A stretch of 57,226 bases of DNA, taken from assembly GCA_964645485.1 (NCBI GenBank), contig CAZXZO010000010.1, forward strand, positions 1 through 57,226. The letters run 5' to 3'. Positions 9,515 to 19,485 of this stretch are shown piece after piece. Numbering within the stretch: position 1 is the first letter of the stretch; each line of letters starts with the position of its first letter. The DNA is from an uncultured Candidatus Poseidoniales archaeon (GTDB lineage: Archaea; Thermoplasmatota; Poseidoniia; Poseidoniales; Thalassarchaeaceae). Under the pieces are notes generated by a model that saw nothing but the letters and a program-made list of their open reading frames with translations, was not told the DNA's origin and did not search any database. The position numbers and the translations under genes were made by a program.

Positions 9515-11125
9515 GTGTACAATGGACAAGCACCAATTTTCATTCTCAAAGACGGAACTGACAGAGTTAGAGGCAAAAGCGCTCAAAGCAACAATATCGC
9601 TGCTGCAAAGGCGGTTGCGGATGCAGTTCGTTCTACTCTTGGACCAAAAGGTATGGATAAGATGTTAGTCGATAGTATGGGGGATGTTGTAATCACCAAT
9701 GATGGTGCTACAATTCTAAAGGAGATGGATATAGAACATCCGGCAGCTAAGATGATTATTGAAGTTGCAAAAACTCAGGAGCAACATTGCTACGATGGTA
9801 CAACTAGTGCGGTAGTAATCGCAGGTGAGTTACTCAAACGAAGTGAGGACCTAATTGACCAGAATGTTCACCCTACGGTGATATGCCACGGTTTTAGATT
9901 GGCGGCAGAACGAGCAGTTGAACTTCTTGAGAGTCACTCTATTTCCGTTGAGGAAGAAGACACTCTAGCAGAGGTTGCGAAGACTGCTCTTACCGGGAAG
10001 AGTGCAGAAGCAGTGAAGTCATTCTTGGCTGATATTTGTGTAAAAGCCGTGAAATCTGTTGGTAGAGAAGATGATGGAGAGAGAGCGGTATCATTAGACG
10101 ATATCAAAGTAGAAAAGCGCCAAGGCGGTTCAATCAAAGCGAGCACCTTAGTTGATGGAATTATCTTGGACAAAGAGCGAGTTCACCCTGGAATGCCAAG
10201 AGCGGTATCCGATGCAAAAATTGCTTTAGTGAACAGCGCAATTGAAGTGAAGAAAACCGAAGTTGATGCAAAAATTCAGATTACAGACCCTAGTATGTTA
10301 GCAAAATTCTTGGAAGAGGAAGAGAACTATCTGAAAGGATTGGTCGAAAAGTTGCAAAACTCTGGAGCAAATGTGCTAGTTTGCCAAAAGGGAATTGATG
10401 ACATCGCACAACACTATCTCGCTAAGGCTGGGTTGTTTGCTGTCCGCAGAGCCAAAAAGAGTGACATGGAAGCACTATCAAAGGCAACTGGCGGACGTAT
10501 TGTTACCAATATTGATGACCTTGCTGAAGGAGATCTTGGAAGTTCAGCCAAAGTAGAGGAGCGCAAAATTGGCGACTCAGATATGGTATTCATCACAGGC
10601 TGCCCAGAAGCAAAGAGTGTGTCTGTTTTACTCCGAGGTGGAACAGAGCATGTTGTTGACGAAGTACGTCGAGCATTTGACGATGCAATCGGTGTAATTA
10701 GTGTGGCTTGGGAAGATGGTTCCGTGCTCACTGGCGGTGGCAGTGTTCTTGCAGCATTGAGTCGTGATTTGCGGATATATGCCGAAGGAATTGGCGGTCG
10801 CGAACAGATGGCAATTGAGGCATTTGCTGGTGCTCTTGAGGTAATTCCTCGTACACTTGCAGAAAACGCTGGTCTTGACCCGGTAAACACAATCATCGAG
10901 TTACGCAAGGCCCACGCTGAAGGAAAATCAACATTCGGCGTTAATGTATTCGAAGGGGGAGTCATGGATATGCAAGTTGCCCAAGTTGTTGAACCAACAA
11001 GGGTTGTTGAGCAAGCAATTCAAAGTGCTACAGAAACTGCAGTAATGATTCTAAGAATTGATGATGTCATATCATCCAAAGCCGTCTCAGGTGGCGGAAT
11101 GGATGGCATGGATTTTGACATGTGA
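9515..11125 (+). CDS. thsA: Thermosome subunit (group II chaperonin)
   Basis: [28 protein letters not shown] and a GGM-type tail. Probable GTG start at 9515 ([12 protein letters not shown]). Confidence 0.98.
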   Translation: MYNGQAPIFILKDGTDRVRGKSAQSNNIAAAKAVADAVRSTLGPKGMDKMLVDSMGDVVITNDGATILKEMDIEHPAAKMIIEVAKTQEQHCYDGTTSAVVIAGELLKRSEDLIDQNVHPTVICHGFRLAAERAVELLESHSISVEEEDTLAEVAKTALTGKSAEAVKSFLADICVKAVKSVGREDDGERAVSLDDIKVEKRQGGSIKASTLVDGIILDKERVHPGMPRAVSDAKIALVNSAIEVKKTEVDAKIQITDPSMLAKFLEEEENYLKGLVEKLQNSGANVLVCQKGIDDIAQHYLAKAGLFAVRRAKKSDMEALSKATGGRIVTNIDDLAEGDLGSSAKVEERKIGDSDMVFITGCPEAKSVSVLLRGGTEHVVDEVRRAFDDAIGVISVAWEDGSVLTGGGSVLAALSRDLRIYAEGIGGREQMAIEAFAGALEVIPRTLAENAGLDPVNTIIELRKAHAEGKSTFGVNVFEGGVMDMQVAQVVEPTRVVEQAIQSATETAVMILRIDDVISSKAVSGGGMDGMDFDM

Positions 11126-11272
11126 AGCAGGTACAATCCGCCATCACAGATTGATTGCCGCTTACTCATTTGAGTAGAATTAGGCAGAATGTCAGATGCA
11201 GTCTGCGCGGTATATTCAATAATCGACCTACGGTCGAGCAAATCACACAGCCTAGGCTGTGAAGGTGTCAAC

Positions 11273-13219
11273 ATGTCTGAAGTCGTAGTTTGGATTGCTG
11301 ATGGCTGCATCACCTGTGATGCTTGTGAGGAAGAGTATCCAGAAGTTTTCAAGGTAACAGATGATACTTGTTACATCACAGCAGATTCTAGAACTGATGG
11401 TGGATTTGACACCAATGAAGGAACTAAATCTTCACTGAAATCTGGTTTGGATTTAGAGGCAATCCAGGATGCTGCAAGCGGATGCCCGGTTGACGTAATC
11501 ATGGTTGAAGTGGGCAGCAGTGGAGATTCCGCCTCCGAAGCCACAGCAGAGGAACCAACAGCGGAGGCGGCAGAACCAGTCGAAGCAGCCCCGGCTGCAG
11601 TTGAAGCATCAATGGATGGCGACCGGTCTTTACTCGTATTATCTGGTTCACAATCAGGTAACTCAGAAGCAATAGCAGCGAAGGCTGGCAAATTAGCCGA
11701 TATTTATTCATTAGAAGCAACTGTCAAAGGAATGGATGAAGTCCAAATCGGTGATTTAGCAGCATATCAGCGAATACTCGTCATTTGCAGTACTTGGGGT
11801 GAAGGCGAAATGCCAGATAATGCCGAAGATCTGTGGAATGCGGCGAATGCAGATGGTGCACCGTCACTCTCTGGAAGCCACTTTTCTGTCTGCTCTTTAG
11901 GTGATACATCGTACGAATTCTTCTGTCAATCAGGAATTGATTGGGATGGATGGTTCGAAAAGGTAGGTTCCAACAGAATCACTCCGAGAGTTGATTGTGA
12001 TGTTGATTATGATGCGATGGCAGATGCTTGGTTATCAGATGCATTGGCACACATGGGTGCAGTTGATGGGGAAGGCAACTTCAACGAAGAGATGGTAGCA
12101 TCTCTCAAAGAAAAGGCAGCAGGCGGTTCTAAGAAAGCAGCAGCCGGCTCAGCATTTGACATTCCTGATTTGGTAGGACAAGAAATCCAAGTTAACGCTA
12201 GAGTCTACAGGTACGACCCAGAATCCGGCCAATCTGGCCATGATGTTTGGCGCTGCGCAGTACCAGGAAGCGTTAGCGTACTGGAGTTACTCCGTTTGCT
12301 CAAAGCGACTGAAGATGGTAGTCTAACTTTCCGTGATGGCAATGCAGATGACCCAACTACTGCAATTTCAGCAAATGGCAGGAATATTTTGCCAGGTAGA
12401 GTAGCAATCTCAGAAATTGTCAGAGATAAAGATGGCGAATCGTCACTTCGAATCGACCCGCTCTCTGGATTTGATGTAATACGTGACTTAGCCGTTGACC
12501 ACTCGGATTATCATATTCATCTAGCTAATGCAAAGCCTTGGATGCACGCGTCCACCCGTGAGGGAACCAAGGTTTCTCAAGGGATAATTGGCACAATGGA
12601 TGCTTTTGCGGCAGAAACAATTCATCATGCATCAGATTTCCCAAGTTGCCAGTTACTTCACGCTTCAAGTGACACAGTTCCTCACAACCGTTCATACGTT
12701 GGGCCAGCAGTTATCGCTCGTCTTTGGGCTCGCTTCAATGACCCACGAACATCACAAAAAGGAAAAGATGGGTATTTAGCAACAATTCAATCTGAAAATG
12801 GAATCAAGGCTGAGGCTGATTTGAGTTCAGTCTACAAATCAGGAAGGGCTTGGAATGGGGCTGGGGCAAGTTTGTTAGAAGCAAAAAGGAAAACCCTGCA
12901 AGATGATGGTTTTACAGGCCGACATGGCAAGCACGTTTGGTGGTTCTCTGAAACAGTGAAACTCTCGGGTAGACTTAACGAGACCGTTTTGGCAGGTGCT
13001 ACACTCGGTCCATTTGGTATGGCGAAAAACGCTATCTCCGGTGTGCTCCCTAGGATGTTGTTAGGATTCACTAGAACAGGTGGTCCTATGATTAGAGATT
13101 TACAGGCCTTGGCTGCTCCACCCGCTAGCGTTGGAAAGATGCCTAAAATGATTAATTCTTCAGTAGATGACCATCATGAGGTGGTTGCTATCTTCAATAA
13201 ATTCGACAGGAGGTTCTGA
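11273..13219 (+). CDS. Fusion protein: monocluster ferredoxin + flavodoxin + Cys-depleted SdhB/FrdB-like domain
   Basis: CITCDAC...CP ferredoxin. Flavodoxin loops SGSQSGNSE, STWGEGEMPDNA and SLGDTSYEFFC. SdhB scaffold motifs RVYRYDP, SVLELLRLLK, LTFR, IRDLAVD, KPW, YVGPA and DPR. ATG 11273 follows the SD gaaggtg. Confidence 0.85.
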   Translation: MSEVVVWIADGCITCDACEEEYPEVFKVTDDTCYITADSRTDGGFDTNEGTKSSLKSGLDLEAIQDAASGCPVDVIMVEVGSSGDSASEATAEEPTAEAAEPVEAAPAAVEASMDGDRSLLVLSGSQSGNSEAIAAKAGKLADIYSLEATVKGMDEVQIGDLAAYQRILVICSTWGEGEMPDNAEDLWNAANADGAPSLSGSHFSVCSLGDTSYEFFCQSGIDWDGWFEKVGSNRITPRVDCDVDYDAMADAWLSDALAHMGAVDGEGNFNEEMVASLKEKAAGGSKKAAAGSAFDIPDLVGQEIQVNARVYRYDPESGQSGHDVWRCAVPGSVSVLELLRLLKATEDGSLTFRDGNADDPTTAISANGRNILPGRVAISEIVRDKDGESSLRIDPLSGFDVIRDLAVDHSDYHIHLANAKPWMHASTREGTKVSQGIIGTMDAFAAETIHHASDFPSCQLLHASSDTVPHNRSYVGPAVIARLWARFNDPRTSQKGKDGYLATIQSENGIKAEADLSSVYKSGRAWNGAGASLLEAKRKTLQDDGFTGRHGKHVWWFSETVKLSGRLNETVLAGATLGPFGMAKNAISGVLPRMLLGFTRTGGPMIRDLQALAAPPASVGKMPKMINSSVDDHHEVVAIFNKFDRRF

Positions 13220-13220
13220 A

Positions 13221-14084
13221 ATGGCAAAAAATAGATATGCATATTTCCCCGGATGTGTGACTCTTAATTCTGCTAGAGAAGTACAAGATGCAATGCTTGC
13301 ATTGGCGCGTGCTTTAGATATTGAGTTAGTTCCTTTGAATGGTGCTTCATGCTGTGGTGCGGGAGTTATCAAGCAAGCAAATTGGGAACTACAAATTGCC
13401 CTAAATGCAAGAACATTTGCACAGGCTGAATCCCAAGGTTTGGATGTACTTACTCCTTGTGCTAGTTGCCAAGGCAACATGTCTGAGGATTTCACCAAGT
13501 TGTCCACAGATGCGGATTTGCGCGAGCGTGTGAATGAACAATTGGAATCAATTTGTGGGCTTCGCTTTGAGGGCACAATGAAGATGCGCCACCTGCTTCA
13601 TGTGCTGGTTGAAGATATTGGCTTAGATGTTGTTTCAGCTGCGGTGAAAAACCCGATTGATTTCCCAGTGGCAGGTTACTATGGGTCAGTAATGCAACAA
13701 GATGGTGCTTGTGGGGATGACGATATTTATGACCCACATTATTTCGAAGATTTGATTGAAGCCTTGGGCGGCCAAGCAGTAAATTATGATAGTAAAGCAA
13801 AAAGTGTGGGATTCCCATCTTTATTGTCTGAGGAATCTAGTGCAATGAAAATGACTGCATCAGTACTTTCGGATGCAAAAAGTGAGGGTGCTCGAATAAT
13901 GGCATCCGCTTGCCCACTTTCTCACATTAATCTTGATTCCTACCAAGTAAAGGCTGGACGAGTGTCTGGTAGTGATGTTGACATGCCAGCAATTCATTTG
14001 CCTGAGTTAATTGCCTTTGCTCTTGGAGCATACAACGACCGGTATGCTCAGTTGCGAACAAGAGTTCTCGTTATGGGTAATTGA
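13221..14084 (+). CDS. CCG-domain protein (HdrB / SdhE family)
   Basis: YFPGC...CCGAG...TPCASC in the first CCG domain; second domain YYGS...SVG...ACPLS. Starts 1 bp after the fusion gene's stop codon. Confidence 0.9.
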   Translation: MAKNRYAYFPGCVTLNSAREVQDAMLALARALDIELVPLNGASCCGAGVIKQANWELQIALNARTFAQAESQGLDVLTPCASCQGNMSEDFTKLSTDADLRERVNEQLESICGLRFEGTMKMRHLLHVLVEDIGLDVVSAAVKNPIDFPVAGYYGSVMQQDGACGDDDIYDPHYFEDLIEALGGQAVNYDSKAKSVGFPSLLSEESSAMKMTASVLSDAKSEGARIMASACPLSHINLDSYQVKAGRVSGSDVDMPAIHLPELIAFALGAYNDRYAQLRTRVLVMGN

Positions 14085-14099
14085 GAGAAGTTGATTTCT

Positions 14100-16877
14100 C
14101 TAATCTCGCAACACTTCTAGGATTGATTTAGCACTTGCTGGCCCAATTCCAGAGACTTGACAAAGTTCTGCTTCATCTGCTTTAGTCAGAGCCTCTATAG
14201 ATTTGAAATGGTCTAAAAGGCGTTTTGCAGTTGTTGGCCCAATATTTGGCAGAGATTCGAGAAGGTGAAGTTTATTCGTCTGTTTTTGTTGTTCATCACG
14301 AGTGTCTAATGCACCCACTTTTGAAGCATCTAAAATGACTCTTTGTTCGGTTTGAAGGCCTGTATCAATCACAATTTCTGCTGCATCAATTGATGTTTTT
14401 TCATCCAATCTAGACCCACCAGGGCCTTGATTTTCAAACCAAAGATTTGTCGTGTTTTCTTCATCACCAATTTTCATTCTCTCTCTTGCTTCTTTCGTCA
14501 AGGCGCCTAACAATGCTTGTTCACGGCGTGCGGCTATGATTAGAAATCGCGCAGTTTCTTCACCATCTTGAGTTGTTACAACTGGTAGGCCGAGGTCAAT
14601 CGTCAAGGTTGCTAAGGCACCCATCAATGCATTATTGTGAACTGCTCTCTGTGTGAAGAGTCCTCCACCTTCAATCAATAATAATGGCCGAGGGGCTGCT
14701 CCAATCAATCGGTGTGCTTGTTCAAGCAACCTGCCATCCAAGAGGGAATCAACAAAATCTCTCACACGCTTTCTCTCAACAAGTACTCTGTCTCCTATTT
14801 GGAAATCACCAATGGCTAATGTTTTGACATCAACATCAACTCCTTGTAGTCTCAGAGTTGCAGCAATTGTGGTGTTCAGTTCACGGTGGTCGACTACAAT
14901 CCGACAGGGGATATCAAATTCGTGGGCTAAGGGGTCAACAGCTTCTGTGGTTAATGCTTGAACTATATCTTCTGCTGCTCTCACTGCTAGTTTAGCAATA
15001 TTTTCGTCAATATCCAATTCTCGCTCATCAAGATCAGACTCGCCTTGGTCATTTTTCATGGCATTTGTCGGAGCAGATGATGGAAATGAGTCAAGTCCGG
15101 TTTGCCCCCTTGGGCGTAGCCTTGAAGGCTCATTTTTGTATTTATTATCTTTATTTTGTTGTATTTTATCATCATCTGTTTCTGGAATTTCACCTTCTAC
15201 GGTTGTACTAACACGGGATGTCTTCTCACCTAATGTAGGTGCTAAGCGCTGCATTTCTGAGACCATAAATGCATGGGCGGAGCCAATTATCTCGTTTTGT
15301 CTGACTTTGAATGACCTCAATAATTCAACTGGATTGTCATCAACTGGGCGCCCCATATTTCTTCGAACCCTATCAATTGCGTGTTTCATCTTTTTTTCAC
15401 GAAAAAGGGCAGAGGCCCTGGCGCCTTCATCTCTAGTGTTCCTTGCGATTAAGACGTGAACAGTGCCTGAACGATGCCTTCCTGTTCTTCCGCGCCTCTG
15501 GATTGTACGGATTTCACTCCCAACTGGTTCATAAAAAACCACAAGATCTGCTCTTGGCACATCCAATCCCTCTTCTCCTACTGATGTCGCAACTAGAACG
15601 TTACATTCCCCTTCTCTGAATCTTTGTAAGCCCTCAAGTTGGGCTTTTTGTGTCATTCCAGCACTCCCATCTCGGCTTGCCTGTCCAACAAATCGTTCTG
15701 GTATCGCCAGTCTAGATTCATCTAACCGTTTCACGATTTCATTGACAGTGTCACGGAAGTGAGCAAAGACGATGACGCGGCTTTCAGGGTGAGCGTTTAA
15801 CTGGTCTAATACCAAATTTACAGTTGTTCCAACCTTTTCATGTAACTCGGGACTTACCTTCAGATTTTCAAACAATTCTGTTATTCGGCCGTCATTGAAG
15901 AATGCAGCCGCGCCCTTATCACCACCTTCACCCGAATTTTTTACTCGGCTTAGATATTCTCTTGATGCGGCAACGCCTTGGCTGAGAAGATAACCGATTA
16001 GATTCAGAAGTCTTTGCCCCTGAGCACATTGCCTCGCGGCATTGTATGCCAACCCCTCTCCTCTGACAATTGCTCCTTGAATTCGGCCACGTGTTTCATT
16101 CAATTGGCTGCTTGTTGGTCTTCCAGAGTGTACATGGTATCCCAATCTTCTAAGTTGGTCAACAAGATGGTCTAGCCACATTTGCAGTGGTGCTGCCATC
16201 AATTTCAACCCATCATCAACATCAACAAATACCTCCTTTACTTGTAATCCTGCAGCATATGGTGCTAACAGTGCGTTTTCAGCAGAGCGAGAGTGAATGC
16301 GGGTCAAGCCTAGTCGGGTACAAACTTCCTCAACTTGTTCACGAGTCGAGCCAGGACTAGCAGTTGCACCTAGAATTAACGGCTTTTCAGCAAATTGTAG
16401 ATACAAATCCCCTACTTCTGCAGATGAGTGTTTCCCAGTTGAATGATGCGCTTCATCCGCTACTAAGATGGTTACATCTGCAAGGTCAATTGAACCTCGG
16501 TTTACATCATTTCGAATGACGTGAGGAGTTGCGACAATAATTTCCGCGGCTGCCCAACGTTTCTGGCGTTTACGCCAATCTATAGAGCCAGTCATAGAGG
16601 TTATGGAATCATCTGTTTCCTGATTTGTTATTACTCTTTTTAAATCTCCCAAATGCTGATTTACCAAGGCATTTGTTGGAGCGATAATCAATGCTCTTCC
16701 TCCTTCTGTATGGAGTCTTTCAGCAATTACCATCCATTCAATTGGAGTTTTCCCAAGAGCCGTAGGTAATACCAACAATGTCGGTGCACCTAAACAATCT
16801 GCTACCGCTTCAATTTGATATCCCCTCGCTTCTACTGACTCTGCAGTCAGGCGAGGATGCTCAATAAAAGCGGCCAT
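14100..16877 (-). CDS. hef: Hef (FANCM-like) SF2 helicase-ERCC4/XPF nuclease
   Basis: LPTALGKT (motif I), DEAHH, GATASP, QRRGRTGR, nuclease GDF...ERKRVRDF and a C-terminal HhH pair (IGPTTA, IGPASA). Confidence 0.95.
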   Translation of the reverse strand: MAAFIEHPRLTAESVEARGYQIEAVADCLGAPTLLVLPTALGKTPIEWMVIAERLHTEGGRALIIAPTNALVNQHLGDLKRVITNQETDDSITSMTGSIDWRKRQKRWAAAEIIVATPHVIRNDVNRGSIDLADVTILVADEAHHSTGKHSSAEVGDLYLQFAEKPLILGATASPGSTREQVEEVCTRLGLTRIHSRSAENALLAPYAAGLQVKEVFVDVDDGLKLMAAPLQMWLDHLVDQLRRLGYHVHSGRPTSSQLNETRGRIQGAIVRGEGLAYNAARQCAQGQRLLNLIGYLLSQGVAASREYLSRVKNSGEGGDKGAAAFFNDGRITELFENLKVSPELHEKVGTTVNLVLDQLNAHPESRVIVFAHFRDTVNEIVKRLDESRLAIPERFVGQASRDGSAGMTQKAQLEGLQRFREGECNVLVATSVGEEGLDVPRADLVVFYEPVGSEIRTIQRRGRTGRHRSGTVHVLIARNTRDEGARASALFREKKMKHAIDRVRRNMGRPVDDNPVELLRSFKVRQNEIIGSAHAFMVSEMQRLAPTLGEKTSRVSTTVEGEIPETDDDKIQQNKDNKYKNEPSRLRPRGQTGLDSFPSSAPTNAMKNDQGESDLDERELDIDENIAKLAVRAAEDIVQALTTEAVDPLAHEFDIPCRIVVDHRELNTTIAATLRLQGVDVDVKTLAIGDFQIGDRVLVERKRVRDFVDSLLDGRLLEQAHRLIGAAPRPLLLIEGGGLFTQRAVHNNALMGALATLTIDLGLPVVTTQDGEETARFLIIAARREQALLGALTKEARERMKIGDEENTTNLWFENQGPGGSRLDEKTSIDAAEIVIDTGLQTEQRVILDASKVGALDTRDEQQKQTNKLHLLESLPNIGPTTAKRLLDHFKSIEALTKADEAELCQVSGIGPASAKSILEVLRD

Positions 16878-17176
16878 GAACATCAATCCCACAGGTCACG
16901 GTTCTAAATGATTCTCACGTTTTATAAGAATTGAGTCTATGAAATCATATGAAAAATGGTGTCTAATTCATTCACAAATTTGATATCATTAATGGATGAC
17001 CAAATAGCACTAAAACCATTGCATGAGGTCTTATTCTCCTCATTCCCCGATAGGTGGGGTTCATATATGGTAGGTCGGTCGGCGAGACGCTCACATAGTG
17101 AGGTACCAGACACAGAGGGCTATGCAACAAGCAACCCACAACTCGGAAAATCAGTTCAGAAATCCGAATCGTGTCA

Positions 17177-17258
17177 CGGTGGCTCCTTTGCTTTGAGAGC
17201 CGGCATTGTGCCGCTTCGGCGGGTTACTTTGTCGCAATATACCACCGAAAAGAGGAGG
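17177..17258 (+). promoter_or_regulatory. Structured 5' leader and Shine-Dalgarno of the ribosomal superoperon
   Basis: CGGTGG 17177-82 is complementary to CCACCG 17242-47 and encloses a CCGC-TTCG-GCGG hairpin (17211-22). GGAGG at 17254-58 lies upstream of the rpl3 ATG. Confidence 0.45.
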
Positions 17259-17266
17259 AAACCCAA

Positions 17267-18295
17267 ATGGGAGACAGACACAAACCCAAGCGAGGAAGCA
17301 TGGCTTTTGGCCCGCGTAAGCGAGCCCGTCGACAGACCGGTCGAGTCAAATCTTGGCCTAGTAACAGTAACGGGGAAGTCAAAATTCAAGGGTTCGCTGG
17401 TTACAAAGCAGGAATGAGTCACGTTTTGATTCGTGATGAAAATCCTGGAAGCCCAAGTGCAGGACAAGAAATCAGGAAGGCAGTTACAATCGTTGAAACT
17501 CCACCATTACAGATTCTAGGTATCCGTGCATACCACCAAACATACTACGGCAAGCAAACTGCTGGAGAGGCGTGGGCTTCTGGCGAAGAAATCGCAGAAG
17601 CACAACCTAACCTCGTTCGCAGAGTACCGGCTCGTAACACTCACGATACTGGAGAGCACATCACTGCTCTGAAGGAAATGGCAGAAAAAGGCAAACTATG
17701 CGAAGTTCGCTTAATTGTCTCAACTCAGCCTTCTAAGGTTAAGTCAATTCCAACTAAGACTCCAAACATCATGGAACTTGGTCTAAACGGTAGTGATATC
17801 ACTAGCCGTATTGCATGGGCCGAAGAAAGACTCGGTCAAACACTGAAAGTTTCAGATGTATTCTCAAATGGTAATGATCTCGATGTTATTGCAGTCACCA
17901 AAGGAAAAGGTTGGCAAGGTTCAATCAAGCGCTGGGGAATTAAACTCCTAAGCCACAAGAACAGCAAGCGTCGCCGTCAAGGTGGAAATATGGGTGACTT
18001 CGGAACAGGATATGTTCGAAAGACAATCCGTCAAGCAGGTCAAACTGGTTACCACCAGCGTACAGAGTACAACAAGAAAGTAATTCGCATATCTTCTCCT
18101 GATGAAGATGAGGTCACCCCAGATGGTGGTTTCCTAAGATATGGTGAAGTTACCAACGATTACATCATTGTTCAAGGCAGTCTTCCAGGCCCATCAAAGC
18201 GCCTTCTAAGATTCCGTGAATCAGTTCGTCCACGTAAGACACAGGATCCTGTAGACATTACCTACGTCAGTACATCAAGCAAGCAGGGGGTCTGA
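17267..18295 (+). CDS. rpl3: 50S ribosomal protein L3 (uL3)
   Basis: HKPKRGSMAFGPRKRA, GYKAGMSH, VTKGKGWQG; first gene of the canonical archaeal cluster. Confidence 0.98.
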   Translation: MGDRHKPKRGSMAFGPRKRARRQTGRVKSWPSNSNGEVKIQGFAGYKAGMSHVLIRDENPGSPSAGQEIRKAVTIVETPPLQILGIRAYHQTYYGKQTAGEAWASGEEIAEAQPNLVRRVPARNTHDTGEHITALKEMAEKGKLCEVRLIVSTQPSKVKSIPTKTPNIMELGLNGSDITSRIAWAEERLGQTLKVSDVFSNGNDLDVIAVTKGKGWQGSIKRWGIKLLSHKNSKRRRQGGNMGDFGTGYVRKTIRQAGQTGYHQRTEYNKKVIRISSPDEDEVTPDGGFLRYGEVTNDYIIVQGSLPGPSKRLLRFRESVRPRKTQDPVDITYVSTSSKQGV

Positions 18296-18297
18296 AG

Positions 18298-19176
18298 ATG
18301 AAGGTTAAGATGATGAATCTGGTCAACACGGTAGACCAAGAAGAGTTTGAAGCAGGTCTACTCTCAGAACATTATTCTGTTGCTGCAAAGGAAGGAAAAG
18401 CAATTGAATTGCCGGACTGCTTCTCAGCCGATATCAGAGTTCAAGTTGTGCGCGATGCAGTTCAGTCAGCTCGTGCTAACCGCCGCCAGCCATATGGGCA
18501 CAATCGCCACGAAGGTCGTCGAAACCCGCAAGCGGGTATGAAACACAGCGTTGAATGGTGGGGTAAGGGAAGAGGTGTTTCCCGTATTATGAGAAAGACT
18601 GGTCAAAGTACTGGTGCAGAAAACCCTCACACACGTGGTGGTCGTAGAGCACATGGTCCAAAGGTCGAGAAAGACTGGACAATGAAAGTTAACTCAAAAG
18701 TTCGCAAGCAAGCTCGTAATTCTGCGATTGCAGCCACCGCCAATGGAGAAACAGTGGCTAACCGTGGTCACCGCTTTACAGAAGATGTAAAATTCCCTGT
18801 AATCATTGACGGATATTCCGAAGAACGTGATGGCAAGAAAGAGAAGTACGATGTTGAAAGCATCCCACTAACCTATTCCACACGCAAGTTCATTGCAATG
18901 ATGGAAGGCCTAGGTCTTGGAGCAGATTTGAACCGTGCAAAGAATGGACGAAACATTCGTGCTGGTAAGGGTAAGATGCGTGGCCGTCGTCGCCGAACAC
19001 CAAAGTCAATTTTACTTGTAGTCGGACAACGAGATGGGCTAGCAAAGGCTGCTAGCAATGTTTCTGGTGTTGATGTTGTGGCTGCTAAGGACCTCTCAGC
19101 AGAGGACTTGGCACCTGGTGGAGACATGGGTCGCCTCACCGTTTGGACTAAGTCAGCTATTGAGGCACTGGAGTGA
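18298..19176 (+). CDS. rpl4: 50S ribosomal protein L4 (uL4)
   Basis: NRRQPYG, WWGKGRGVSR, GGRRAHGP, LAPGGDMGRLTVWT. Confidence 0.97.
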   Translation: MKVKMMNLVNTVDQEEFEAGLLSEHYSVAAKEGKAIELPDCFSADIRVQVVRDAVQSARANRRQPYGHNRHEGRRNPQAGMKHSVEWWGKGRGVSRIMRKTGQSTGAENPHTRGGRRAHGPKVEKDWTMKVNSKVRKQARNSAIAATANGETVANRGHRFTEDVKFPVIIDGYSEERDGKKEKYDVESIPLTYSTRKFIAMMEGLGLGADLNRAKNGRNIRAGKGKMRGRRRRTPKSILLVVGQRDGLAKAASNVSGVDVVAAKDLSAEDLAPGGDMGRLTVWTKSAIEALE

Positions 19177-19181
19177 TTGAA

Positions 19182-19469
19182 ATGGATCCATACAAAGTTA
19201 TCGTAATGCCTTGGATTACTGAGAAAACTCTTGAGGCTCGTCGAGTAGCAGATGTTGAAGAAGGATACTTTGAGAACAACAATCGTCTCGAATTTATTGT
19301 TCACGCTGATGCAACTAAGGCTGATATCAAGGAGGCTGTTGAGCGCCTGTTTGAAGTCAAGGTAGCAAAGGTAAACACGCGTATTTCCAAGATTGGCAAG
19401 CATGCCAGCGTCAAGATGGCGCCAGGATATGATGCGGATGTAGCAGCACAGAAGTTGAGTGCTTTCTGA
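19182..19469 (+). CDS. rpl23: 50S ribosomal protein L23 (uL23)
   Basis: PWITEK, ATKADIKEAVERLFEVKVAKVNT; operon position. Confidence 0.95.
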   Translation: MDPYKVIVMPWITEKTLEARRVADVEEGYFENNNRLEFIVHADATKADIKEAVERLFEVKVAKVNTRISKIGKHASVKMAPGYDADVAAQKLSAF

Positions 19470-19485
19470 TTAAGGTGGTGAAGAA

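Noticed and set aside
11273-14084. Canonical succinate dehydrogenase sdhB or methanogenic heterodisulfide reductase call
   Set aside because: The SdhB-like part lacks nearly all cluster cysteines, no sdhA/hdrA/hdrC is adjacent, and the host lineage is not methanogenic, so no gene symbol was assigned.
17040-17260. Possible RNase P RNA or SRP RNA
   Set aside because: No GAGGAAAGUCC-type P4 motif or SRP helix-8 GGAAG/AGCAG motif was found.
16956-17417. 153-aa + strand ORF upstream of and overlapping rpl3
   Set aside because: It overlaps rpl3 out of frame, has no recognisable family, and the region is better explained as promoter/leader. The SPOUT methyltransferase often found before rpl3 is not present.
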